A stretch of DNA of 64,000 nt from Squalus acanthias. Lineage: Eukaryota. Shown one piece after another: positions 26,079 through 36,966 of the stretch (position 1 is the first letter of the stretch; the number at the start of each line of letters is the position of its first letter). The notes below the pieces were generated by a model that saw only the letters and a list, made by a program, of their open reading frames with translations, had not been told where the DNA came from and ran no database searches. The stretch spans positions 124,001 to 188,000 of the forward strand of contig JASTWF010000359.1 of the NCBI GenBank assembly GCA_030390025.1, in the 5' to 3' direction. Position numbers and translations under genes: made by a program.

Positions 26079-26398
26079 CTCACTCACCACTCAACACAAA
26101 TCTAATACACTCACTCACACACACACATACTCTCACCCACACACACTCACCCACTCACACTCACACCACACACACTCACTCTCCACACACACACTACACA
26201 CCACTCACCACCCACACACACTCAAACTACACTTACACTCACACTCTACACACCACTCTCACACACACTCACACACCACAATCACTCACACACTCTTACG
26301 CTCAACTCAACCCTACAAATCTCAATCACATACACTTCACACACCTACACTTCACACACACCTACACTCACACACTCACTTACACTCACACACACACT

Positions 26399-26546
26399 CA
26401 TAGAAACATAGAAACAGAGAAGATAGGAGCAGGAGTAGGCCATTCGGCCCCTCGAGCCTGCTCCGCCATTCGATGAGATCATGGCTGATCATCCAAACTC
26501 AGTACCCTGTACCTGTCTTCTCCCCATATCCCTTGATACCTTTAGC
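26399..26546 (-). mobile_element. Duplicate CR1 3' end fragment
   Basis: Same truncation point and same upstream flank as 22154-22301, with a few substitutions. Confidence 0.9.
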
Positions 26547-26929
26547 TCACACACACACTCACACACACACATACACACACTCACACACACACTCACACTC
26601 ACACTCACTCACACTCACACACACACTCTCACACACTTACACTCACACTCACACACTCACATTCACACTCTCACACACACACTCACACACACACATACAC
26701 TCATACACACACTCACACACACTCACACTCTCACACACACACTCACACACACACATACACTCATGCACACACTCACACACACACTCACACTCACACTCAC
26801 TCACACACACACTCTCACACAGTTACACTCACACTCACACACTCAGACACACACTCACACTCACACTCACACTCACTCACACTCACACTCACACACACTC
26901 TCACACACTTACACTCACACTCACACACT

Positions 26930-26961
<32 letters not shown>

Positions 26962-27149
26962 CACACTCACTCACACTCACACTCACACACACACTCACAC
27001 ACACTTACACTCGCATACACACACACAGACTCACCCACACACACACGTACACCCATGCACAGACACTCATACACACTTGCACACACACTCATAGACACAA
27101 ATTCACACACTCACACACACACACACACTCATACACACTTATAGACATA

Positions 27150-27667
27150 GAATAAGGAAATGGCAGAGAAATTAAACAAATACTTTGTGTCTGTCTTCAT
27201 AGAAGAAGATACAAAATACTTCCCGGAAATAGTGGAGAGCCAAGGGAACCGAGCGAGAATGAGGAACTGAAAGAAAATAGTATTAATAAAAAATGAGTAC
27301 TGGAGAAAATAATAGGACTGAAAGGCAATAAATCCCCTGGACCTGATGGCCTACATCCTAGGGTTTTGAAAGAGGTGGCTATAGAGATAGTGGATGTATT
27401 GGTTGTCATTTACCCAAATTCCAGAGATTCTAGTTCGGTTCCTGTGGATTGGAAGGTAGCAAATGTAACCCCACTATTTAAGAAAGGAGTGAGAGAGAAA
27501 AGGGGGAACTACAGGCAAGTGAGCCTGACATCAGTAGTAGGGAAAATGCTAAAATCTATGATTAAGGACGTGGTAACAGGGCACTTAAAAAATTATAATA
27601 GGATTGGGCAGAGTCAATACAGATTTATGAAAGGGAAATCACGTTTGACAAATCTGTTGGAGTTTTT
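27150..27667 (+). mobile_element. Host CR1 LINE ORF2 fragment, part 1
   Basis: Translates ...DWKVANVTPLFKKG...NYRQVSLTSVVGKML...LTNLLEFF and is cut at LEFF by an insertion. Confidence 0.9.
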
Positions 27668-27765
27668 TAGAAACATAGAAACATAGAAAAATAGGAGCAG
27701 GAGTAGGCCATTCAGCCCTTCGAGCCTGCTCCGCCATTCAATATGATCATGGTTGATCCTCTATC

Positions 27766-30700
27766 TCAATACCATATTCCCGCACTCGCCCCATACCCCT
27801 TGATGCCTTTTGTGTCTAGAAATCTATCTATCTCCTTCTTAAATATATTCAGAGACTTGGCCTCCACAGCCTTCTGTGGTAGAGAATTCCACAGGTTCAC
27901 CACCCTCTGAGTGAAGACATTTCTCCTCATCTCAGTCCTAAATGTCCTACCCTGTATCCTGAGACTGTGACCCCTCGATCTAGACCCCCACAGCCAGGGG
28001 AAACACCCTCCCTGCATCCAGTCTGACTAGCCCTGTCAGAATTTTATACGTTTCAATGAGATCCCCTCTCATTCTTCTAAACTCTAGTGAATACAGGCCT
28101 AGTCGACCCAATCTCTCCTCATACGACAGTCCTGCCATCCCAGAAATCAGTCTGGTGAACCTTTGCTGCACTCCCTCTATGGCAAGTATATCCTTTCTTA
28201 GGTAAGGAGACCAAAACTGCACATAGTACTCCAGGTGTGGTCTCACCAAGGCCCTGTATAACTGTAGTAAGACATCCTTGCTCCTGTACTCAAATCCTCT
28301 TGCAATGAAGGCCAACATGTCATTTGCCTTCTTAACTGCTTGCTGCACCTGCATGTTTGCTTTCAGTGATTGGTGTACAAGGACACCTAGGTCCCTTTGT
28401 ATATCAACATTTCCCAATCTATCACCATTTAAATGATACTCTGCCTTTCTGGTTTTCCTACCGAAGTGGATAACTTCACATTTATCCATGTTATACTGCA
28501 TCTGCCATGTATTTGCCCACTCACTCAACTTGTTTAAATCACCTTGAAGCCTCTTTGCATCCTCCTCACAACTCACAATCCCACCTAGTTTCGTGTCATC
28601 AGCAAACTTGGAAATATTACACTTGGTTCCCTCATCCAAATCATTGATATATATTGTGAATAGGTGGGGCCCAAGCACTGATCCCTGTGGTACTCCACTA
28701 GTCACCGCCTGCCACCCCGAAAAAGACCCACTTATTCCTACTCTCTGTTTCCTGTTTGTTAACCAATTTTCAATCCATGCCAGTATATTACCCCCAATCC
28801 CATGTGCTTTAATTTTGCAAACTAACCTCTTATGTGGAACTTTATCAAAGGCCTTCTGAAAATCCAAATACACCACATCCACTGGTTCTCCCTTATCTAT
28901 TCTACCAGTTACATCCTCAAAAAACTCCAGTAGGTTTGTCAAACACGATTTCCCTTTCATAAATCCATGTTGACTTTGTCTAATCCCGTTGATATTTTCT
29001 AAGTGTCCTGTTATCACATCCTTTATAATAGACTCTAGCATTTTCCCTACTACTGATGTTAGGCTAACCGATCTGTCGTTCCCTGTTTTCTCTCTCCCTC
29101 CTTTTTTAAAAAGTGGGGTTACATTTGCCACCCTCCAATCTGCAGGAACTGTTCCATAATCTATAGCATTTTGGAAGATGACAACCACTGCATCCACTAT
29201 TTCCATGTCTACCTCTTTTAGTACTCTGGGATGCAGATTATCAGGCCCTGGGGATTTATCGGCTTTCAGTCCCATTAATTTCTCCAGCACTATTTTTTTA
29301 CTAATACTAATTTCCTTTAATTCCTCCTTCTCACTAGACCCTTGGTTCCCTCGCATTTCTGGGAAGTTATTTGTGTCCTCTTCCGTGAAGACAGAACCAA
29401 AGTATTTGTTTAATTACTCTGCCATTTCCTTGTTCCCCATTATAAATTCTCCTGTTTCTGACTGTAAGGGACCTACATTTGTCTTAACTAATCTTTTTCT
29501 TTTTACATACTTGTAGAAGCTTTTGCAATCCGCTTTCATGTTCCTTGCAAGTTTACTCTCATACTCTATTTTTTCCCTCTTAATCAATCTCTTGGTCCTT
29601 TTTTGCTGAACTCTAAACTGCTCCCAATCCTCAGGCTTGCTACTTTTTCTGGCAACTTTATATGACTCCTCTTTGGATCTAATACTATCCTTAATTTCTT
29701 TTGTTAGACATGGTTGGGCCGCTTTTCCTTTTGTGTTTTTGCGCCAGAAAGGAATGTATAACTGTTGCAATTTATGCATTCGTTCCTTAAATGTTAGCCA
29801 TTGCCTATCCACCGTCATGCCTTTTAATGAAGCTCCCCAATCTATCATAGCCAACTCACTCCTCATACCTTCGTAGTTTCCTTTGTTTAGATTTAGGACC
29901 CTAGTTTCGGATTGGACTTCTTCACTTTCCATCTTAATGAAGAGTTCTATCATGTTATGGTGACTCTTCCCTAAAGGACCCCGCACAACAAGATTATTAA
30001 TTAACCCCTTCGCATTGCACAATACCCAATCTAGGATAGCCTGTTCCCTAGTTGGCTCCTCAACGTACTGGTCTAAAAAACCGTCTCGTACACACTCCAG
30101 GAATTAATTCTCCACAGTATTATTGCTAATTTGGTTTGGCCAGTCTATATGTAGATTAAAGTCACCCATGATTACTGTAGTACCCTTGTTACATGCATCT
30201 CTAATTTCCTGTTTGATGCCATCCCCTACATTACCACTACTGTTTGGTGGCCTATAGCCAACTCCCACCAATGTTTTCTGCCCCTTGGTGCTTCTTAGCT
30301 CCACCCAGACTGATTCTACATCTTGATTTTCTGAGCCAATATCCTTTCTCACTATTGCTCTGATTTCATCCTTTACTAATAACCCCACCCCACCTCTTTT
30401 TCCTTTTTGCCTGTCCTTCCTAAATATCGAATATCCTTGGATATTCAGCTCCCAGCCTTGGTCACCCTGCAGCCATGTCTCCGTAATCGCAATTATATCG
30501 TATCCATTTACATCTATTTGTGCTGTTAATTCGTCTACCTTATTACGAATGCTTCGTGCATTCAGATACAGTGCCTTTAGATTAGTCTTTTTAACATTTT
30601 TAGACATCTTAACATTTTTTGTACTATGGCCCTATTTGTCTTATTACCATTTTTTCTTACCCGGACCCTATTTGTTAGTGCACTCCTTTGTTTGTACGCT

Positions 30701-30780
30701 CTGTCCCTTCCTGACACAATCTGGTTATCCTTACCCCAATCACTTTCCTGCACTGCTTCCTTGTCTTTTCTCTTTAGCAT
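27766..30780 (-). pseudogene. CR1 ORF2 (APE endonuclease and reverse transcriptase), broken by stops and frameshifts
   Basis: ORF pieces 30104-30607 (LYLNARSIRNK, ITETW, YRPP, MGDFN), 29414-30022, 27980-29356 (RT) and 27766-28017. Confidence 0.93.
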
Positions 30781-30848
30781 TCTAGATTTCTCTCCACCGG
30801 GACCCTCCCCCCGCCCCCCCTTATTTAGTTTAAAGCCTCCCTAGTTAT

Positions 30849-31769
30849 TCAATCCGGCAGAACTCTGGTCCCAGCATGGTTCAGGTGTAGTCCATCCCAA
30901 CGGACCAGCTCTCTCTTTCCCCAGTACTGGTGCCAGTGCCCCATGAATCGAAACCCACTTCTCCCACACCAATCTTTGAGCCACGCATTCATCTCCCTGA
31001 TCCTATTGACCCTATGCCAATTTGCTCGTGGCTCCGGTAATAATCCAGAGATTATGACCTCTGTGGTTCTGCTTTTTAATTTAGTCCCTAGCTGCTCAAA
31101 CTCTCTCAGCAGAACCTCTTTCTTTGTCCTACCTATGTCGTTGGTACCTCCGTGGACTACGACAACGGGATCCTCCCCCTCCCACTCCAAGTTCTTCTGC
31201 AGCCCGGAGGAGATGTCCTTTACCCTGGCACCGGGTAGGCAACATAGCCTTCGGGACTCACGCTCCTGGCTGCAGAGAACAGCGTCTATCCCCCTAACTA
31301 TACGGACGCCTACTACAACCACCTTCCTTTTTACTCCCCCACTTGAACGGCTTCCTGTGCCACGGTGCCGTGGTCAGTTTGCTCGTCCTCCCCGCAGTCC
31401 CCACACTTGTCCACAAGGGTTGCAAGAACCTCGAATCTATTGGACAAGTGCAGGGACTGAGGCTCCTGCAATACTACCTCCTGGCTCCCCGTGCCTGCCT
31501 CACTCGCAGTCACACCCTCCTGTCCCTGACCACGTGTCAATTCTAAAGTATTTAATCTAAGGGGTGTGGCTGCCTTCCTGGAACAAAAGGTCCAGGTAAC
31601 TTTCTCCCTCCCTGATGTCTCACAATGTCTGCAGCTCGGACTCCAGCTCCTCAACTCGGAGCCGAAGTTCCTCGATCCGCAGACACTTACCGCAGATGTA
31701 GTCGCCCTGGACATAAATGTTCACAAGCTCCCACATATTGCAGCAGCAACACATGTCCTGTTCGCCCAT
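30849..31769 (-). pseudogene. CR1 ORF1 (zinc finger/leucine zipper and SGNH esterase), disrupted
   Basis: From the ATG at 31769: MGEQDMCCCCNMWEL...YICGKCLRIEELRLRVEELESEL, with an in-frame stop. Downstream esterase motifs CLPGARV, VHGGTNDIG and DGLHLN. Confidence 0.87.
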
Positions 31770-32139
31770 TATTTTATTTATTAATTAATTAGTTTAGTGT
31801 TAATCAAATTATTTACCTCGTTTAGTTTATTAAATTAATTCAATTAAGTTTAGTTTTTAAAATTTAGTTATATGTTATTTGTTAACTTAAAGCTTAGCCC
31901 ACAGTCACTACCAATCACTTACCTGCCTGAACTGTGACGTCACACTGCCGTTTTCTCTTGTTGTTGCAGGTCTGCTGCTGTTTTTATCCCCGCTCTCGGG
32001 CCTCGGTCTGCTCCCTATCAGGTCTGCCGCCGCTCTGCGGGAGAAGTTAGGAAAAGCAAGCACCTCCTTCCGCCACTTCACCGAACTCCCACACTTACCA
32101 ACTTCCCAGATGCTCACTCTGTGCTCACTGCACTCAGTC

Positions 32140-32867
32140 TTTTTGAGGTTGTAACTAGCAGAATAGATAAGGGGGAACCAGTGGATGTGGTGTATTTGGA
32201 TTTTCAGAAGGCATTCGATAAGGTGCCACACAAGAGGTTATTAAACAAAATTAGGGCTCATGGGATTGGGGGTAATATACTAGCATGGATTGAGGATTGG
32301 TTAATGGACAGAAAACAGAGAGAAGGAATAAACGGGTCATTTTTGGGTTGGCTGGCTGTAACTAGTGGGGTACTGCAAGGATCAGTGCTTGGGCCTCAGC
32401 TATTCACAATCTGCATCAATGATTTAGATGAGGGGACCAAATGTAATACATCCAAGTTTGCTGATGATACAAAGCTGGGTGGGAATGTAAGTTGTGAGGA
32501 GGATGCAAAGAGGCTTCAAGGGGATATAGACAGGCTAAGTGAGTGGGCAAGAACATGGCAAATGCAATATAATGTGGAGAAATGTGAAGATATCCAGTTT
32601 GGTAGGAAAAATAGAAAAGCAGAGTATTTTTTAAATGGTGAGAGATTGGGAAATGTTGGTGTTCAGAGGGACCTGGGTGTCCTTGTACACGAATCACTGA
32701 GAATTAACATGCAGGTACAGCAAGCAATTACAAAAGCAAATGGTATGTTGGCCTTTATTACAAGAGGATTTGAGAATAAGAGTAAAGACGTCTTACTGCA
32801 ATTATATAGAGCCCTGGTGAGATCACACCTGGAGTATTGTGTACAGTTTTGGTTTCCTTACCTAAGG
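32140..32867 (+). mobile_element. Host CR1 LINE fragment, part 2
   Basis: Resumes FEVVTSRIDKGEPVDVVYLDFQKAF exactly where part 1 stopped, and ends at FWFPYLR. Confidence 0.9.
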
Positions 32868-34012
32868 TAAAGTGAAGGCACATGGGATTTGGGGCAAGGT
32901 ATTGACTTGGATAGAGAACTGGTTGGCAGACAGAAAGCAGAGAGTAGGAATTAATGGGTCTTTTTCCAAGTGGCAGGCAGTGACTAGTGGGGTACCGCAG
33001 GGTTCGGTCCTTGGACCCCAGCTATTCACAATATACATTAATGATCTGGATAAGGGAACTAAATCTCCAAGTTTGCAGATGACACAAAGCTGGGTGGGCG
33101 TGTGTGCTGCGAGGAGGATACCGAGAAACTCCAGGATGATTTGGACAGGTTGGGTGAGTGGGCAGAAGCGTGGCAGATGCAATATAACGTGGATAAATAT
33201 AAGGTTATCCACTTTGGTGTCAAAAACAGAAAGGCAGACTATTATCTGAATGGCAATAGATTGGGAGAAGGGGAAGTGCAACGAGACCTGGGTGTCCTTG
33301 TGCACCAGTCGCTGAAGGTAAGCATGCAGGTGCAGCAGGCGGTGAAGAAGGCAAATGGTATGTTGGCCTTCATAGCGAAAGGGTTTGTGTATAGGAACAG
33401 GGATGTCCTGCTGCAGTTGTACAGGGCCTTGGTGAGACCACACCTTGAGTACTGTGTGAAGTTTTGGTCACCTTATCTGAGGAAGGATGCTCTTGCCATG
33501 GAGGGAGTTCAGCGAAGATTCACAAGGCTGATACCTGGGATGGCAGGAATGACATTTGAGGAGAGATTGGGTCAATTGGGCTTATACTCGCTGGAGTATA
33601 GAAGAATGAGAGGGGATCTCATCAAAACATATAAAATTCTGACAGGTCTGGACAAACTCGATGCAGGAAGAATGTTCCCGATGGTCGGAGAGTCCAGAAC
33701 CAGGGGTCCTAATCTAAGGATAAGGGGTAAGCCATTTAGGACAGAAATGAGGAAGAATTTCTTCACCCAGAGAGTGGTGAACCTGTGGAATTCTCTACCA
33801 CAGAAGGTAGTTGAGGCCAAGTCATTAAATATATTCAAGAATGAGTTAGATATGTTTCTTAAGGCTAAAGGGATCAAGGGATATGGGGAGAAGGCAGGTA
33901 CAGGATACTGAGTTTGGATGATCAGCCATGATCTCATCGAATGGCGGAGCAGGCTCGAGGGGCCGAATGGCCTACTCCTGCTCCTATCTTCTATGTCTAT
34001 GTCTATGACTAT
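32868..34012 (+). mobile_element. 5'-truncated CR1 LINE inserted into the host CR1
   Basis: RT C-terminal ORFs 32872-33249 and 33102-33911, 3'UTR and CTATGT tail. Confidence 0.9.
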
Positions 34013-34529
34013 GGAAGGATATACTTGCCATAGAGGGAGTGCAACGAAAGTTCACCGGACTGCTTCCTGGGATGGGGGGATTGTCCTATGAGGAGAGATT
34101 GAGTAGACTAGGCCTATATTAAATAGAGTTTAGAAGAATGAGAGGTGATCTCATTGAAACATACAAAATTCTTACAGGGCTTGACAGGGTGGATGCAGGG
34201 AGGATGTTTCCCCTGGCTGGGGAGTCTAGAACCAGGGGTCACAGTCTCAGAATAAGGGGTCGGCCATTTAGGACTGAGATGAGGAGAAATTTCTTCACTC
34301 AGAGGGTGGTGAATCTTTCGAATTCTCTACCCCAGAGGGCTGTGAAGGCTCAGTCGTTGAGTGTATTCAAGAAAGAGATCAATACAGTTTTGAATATTAA
34401 GGGATCAAGGGATATGGCGATAGGGCTGGTGAATGGAGTTGAGGCAGAAGATCAGCCATGATCTCATTGAATGGCGGAGCAGGCTCGAAGGGCCGAATGG
34501 CGGACTCCTGCTCCTATTTCTGATGTTCC
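34013..34529 (+). mobile_element. Host CR1 LINE fragment, part 3 (3' end)
   Basis: Resumes KDILAIEGVQR after the insert; ORF 34138-34461; 3'UTR with GGCCGAATGG. Confidence 0.88.
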
Positions 34530-36425
34530 AGGAATGAAAAGAGACAGCACCTCAAAGGAGAGGGGTATCAGAGTCAGGAATGAAAAGAGGGAGCACCTTA
34601 AAGGAGAGGGGTATCAGAGTCAGGAATGAAAAGAGGGAGCACCTTAAAGGAGAGGGGTATTAGAGTCAGGAATGAAAAGAGGGAGCACCTTAAAGGAGAG
34701 GGGTATTAGAGTCAGGAATGAAAAGAGGGAGCACCTTAAAGGAGAGGGGTATTAGAGTCAGGAATGAAAAGAGGGAGCACCTTAAAGGAGAGGGGTATTA
34801 GTGTCAAGAATGAAAAGAGGGAGCACCTTAAAGGAGAGGGGTATTAGAGTCAGGAAATAAAATAGACAGCACCTTAAAGGAGAGGGGTATTAGTGTCAGG
34901 AATGAAAAGAGACAGCACCTTAAAGGAGAGGGGTATTAGTGTCAAGAATGAAAAGAGACAGCACCTTAAAGGAGAGGGGTATTAGAAACAGGAAATAAAA
35001 TAGACAGCACCTTAAAGGAGAGGGGTATTAGTGTCAGGAATGAAAAGAGACAGCACCTTAAAGGAGAGGGGAATTAGAGTCAGGAATGAAAAGAGGGAGC
35101 ACCTTAAAGGAGAGGGGTATTAGAAACAGGTAATAAAATAGACAGCACCTTAAAGGAGAGGGGTATTAGAGTCAGGAATGAAAAGAGACAACACCTTAAA
35201 GGAGAGGGGTATTAGTGTCATTAATGAAAAGAGACAGCACCTTAAAGGAGAGGGGTATTAGAGACAGGAATGAAAAGAGGGAGCACCTTAAAGGAGAGGG
35301 GAATTAGTGTCATTAATGAAAAGAGACAGCACCTTAAAGGAGAGGGGTATTAGAGTCAGGAATGAAAAGAGGGAGCACCTTAAAGGAGAGGGGTATTAGA
35401 GACAGGAATGAAAAGAGACAGCATCTTAAAGGAGAGGGGAATTAGAGTCAGGAATGAAAAGAGGGAGCACCTTAAAGGAGAGGGGAATTAGTGTCATTAA
35501 TGAAAAGAGACAGCACCTTAAAGGAGAGGGGTATTAGAGTCAGGAATGAAAAGAGGGAGCACCTTAAAGGAGAGGGGAATTAGTGTCATTAATGAAAAGA
35601 GACAGCACCTTAAAGGAGAGGGGTATTAGTGTCATTAATGAAAAGAGACAGCACCTTAAAGGAGAGGGGAATTAGAGTCAGGAATGAAAAGATGGAGCAT
35701 CTTAAAGGAGAGGGGTATTAGAGTCAGGAATGAAAAGAGGGAGCACCTTAAAGGAGAGGGGTATTAGTGTCATTAATGAAAAGAGACAGCACCTTAAAGG
35801 AGAGGCGTATTAGATTCAGGAATGAAAAGTGGGAGCACCTTAAATGAGAGGGGTATTAGTGTCAGGAATGAAAAGTGGGAGCACCTTAAAGGAGAGGGGT
35901 ATTAGTGTCAAGAATGAAAAGAGGGAGCACCTTAAAGGAGAGGGGAATTAGTGTCAGGAATGAAAAGAGACAGCACTTTAAAGGATAGGGGTATTAGAGT
36001 CAGGAATGAAAAGAGACAGCACCTTAAAGGAGAGGGGTATTAGAGTCAGGAATGAAAAGAGACAGCACCTTAAAGGAGAGGGGTATTAGTGTCATTAATG
36101 AAAAGAGACAGCACCTTAAAGGAGAGGGGTATTAGAGTCAGGAATGAAAAGAGACAGCACCTTAAAGGAGAGGGGTATTAGTGTCATTAATGAAAAGAGA
36201 CAGCACCTTAAAGGAGAGGGGTATTAGAGTCAGGAATGAAAAGAGACAGCACCTTAAAGGAGAGGGGTATTAGAGTCAGGAATGAAAAGAGACAACACCT
36301 TAAAGGAGAGGGGTATTAGAGACAGGAATGAAAAGAGACAGCACCTTAAAGGAGAGGGGTATTAGAGTCAGGAATGAAAAGAGACAGCACCTTAAAGGAG
36401 AGGGGTATTAGAGACAGGAATGAAA
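34529..36425. repeat. 46-bp minisatellite, about 41 copies; CAGGAATGAAAAGAGACAGCACCTTAAAGGAGAGGGGTATTAGAGT
   Basis: 46-bp period (e.g. 34621 and 34667). Confidence 0.97.
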
Positions 36426-36966
36426 GGAAGCTGCAGCTCAGAGCTGCAAATACATTACATTTTGGAAGCCTTTAATGTGCCTAACCCAGAAGTCTTGGCT
36501 GTAAAAATGTCTCCTAAAATTCCATCGTGCTTTCCCTGACTTCTACCATGTTTGGTGTTCGGAGAAGGAACTGGTCGTCAGTCAGGCTGAGATGGAAATG
36601 GTGTTGGAGACCTAACTGCATCACTTGACCCCGATGTGCGTATGTGTGAGGCTGCCATCAGTTTCCGACTGCAACTCTGCCCAAAATTAGGAAGAGACCT
36701 TAACGGAATTAGAAGTTGGCACGACTGCCCGTCCCTTGATTTTGGTGCCATTGCAGTTTTTAAACACAGAGTGGCAGTGACATGAAAATCACCCCCAGCA
36801 AGTTCCATTCACTCTATCAAAACCTTTTTAATTTTAACAGCCTCTATTAACACTCCCCGGAGTCGAACTCCCTGTGGCAAAGCACTCCATCTTCCATCGA
36901 CTCTCTCACATGTCATACTAGCAATTACAGTTCATTACTACTTGGCTCTGTCACCTCCCCCATGTT

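Larger units (their letters stand above)
18637..27148. repeat. Compound (CA)n/(CTCA)n/(CACACT)n microsatellite with internal higher-order duplications
   Basis: Read directly from sequence. Rare landmarks (e.g. CTCACAGGCACAC) recur near 19760, 22830, 24770 and 25660. Confidence 0.97.
27668..32139 (-). mobile_element. Near full-length CR1 LINE (5'UTR, ORF1, ORF2, octamer tail), inactivated
   Basis: ORF1 with zinc finger/leucine zipper and esterase, APE endonuclease, RT ([27 protein letters not shown]) and (CATAGAAA)n tail. Confidence 0.95.

Noticed and set aside
18604..27155. Very long His/Thr/Ser/Leu-rich ORFs (up to 1391 aa)
   Set aside because: Translation of a CA-type microsatellite that lacks stop codons; open in several frames and across an N gap.
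27668..32139. Active autonomous CR1
   Set aside because: Both ORF1 and ORF2 contain stops and frameshifts.
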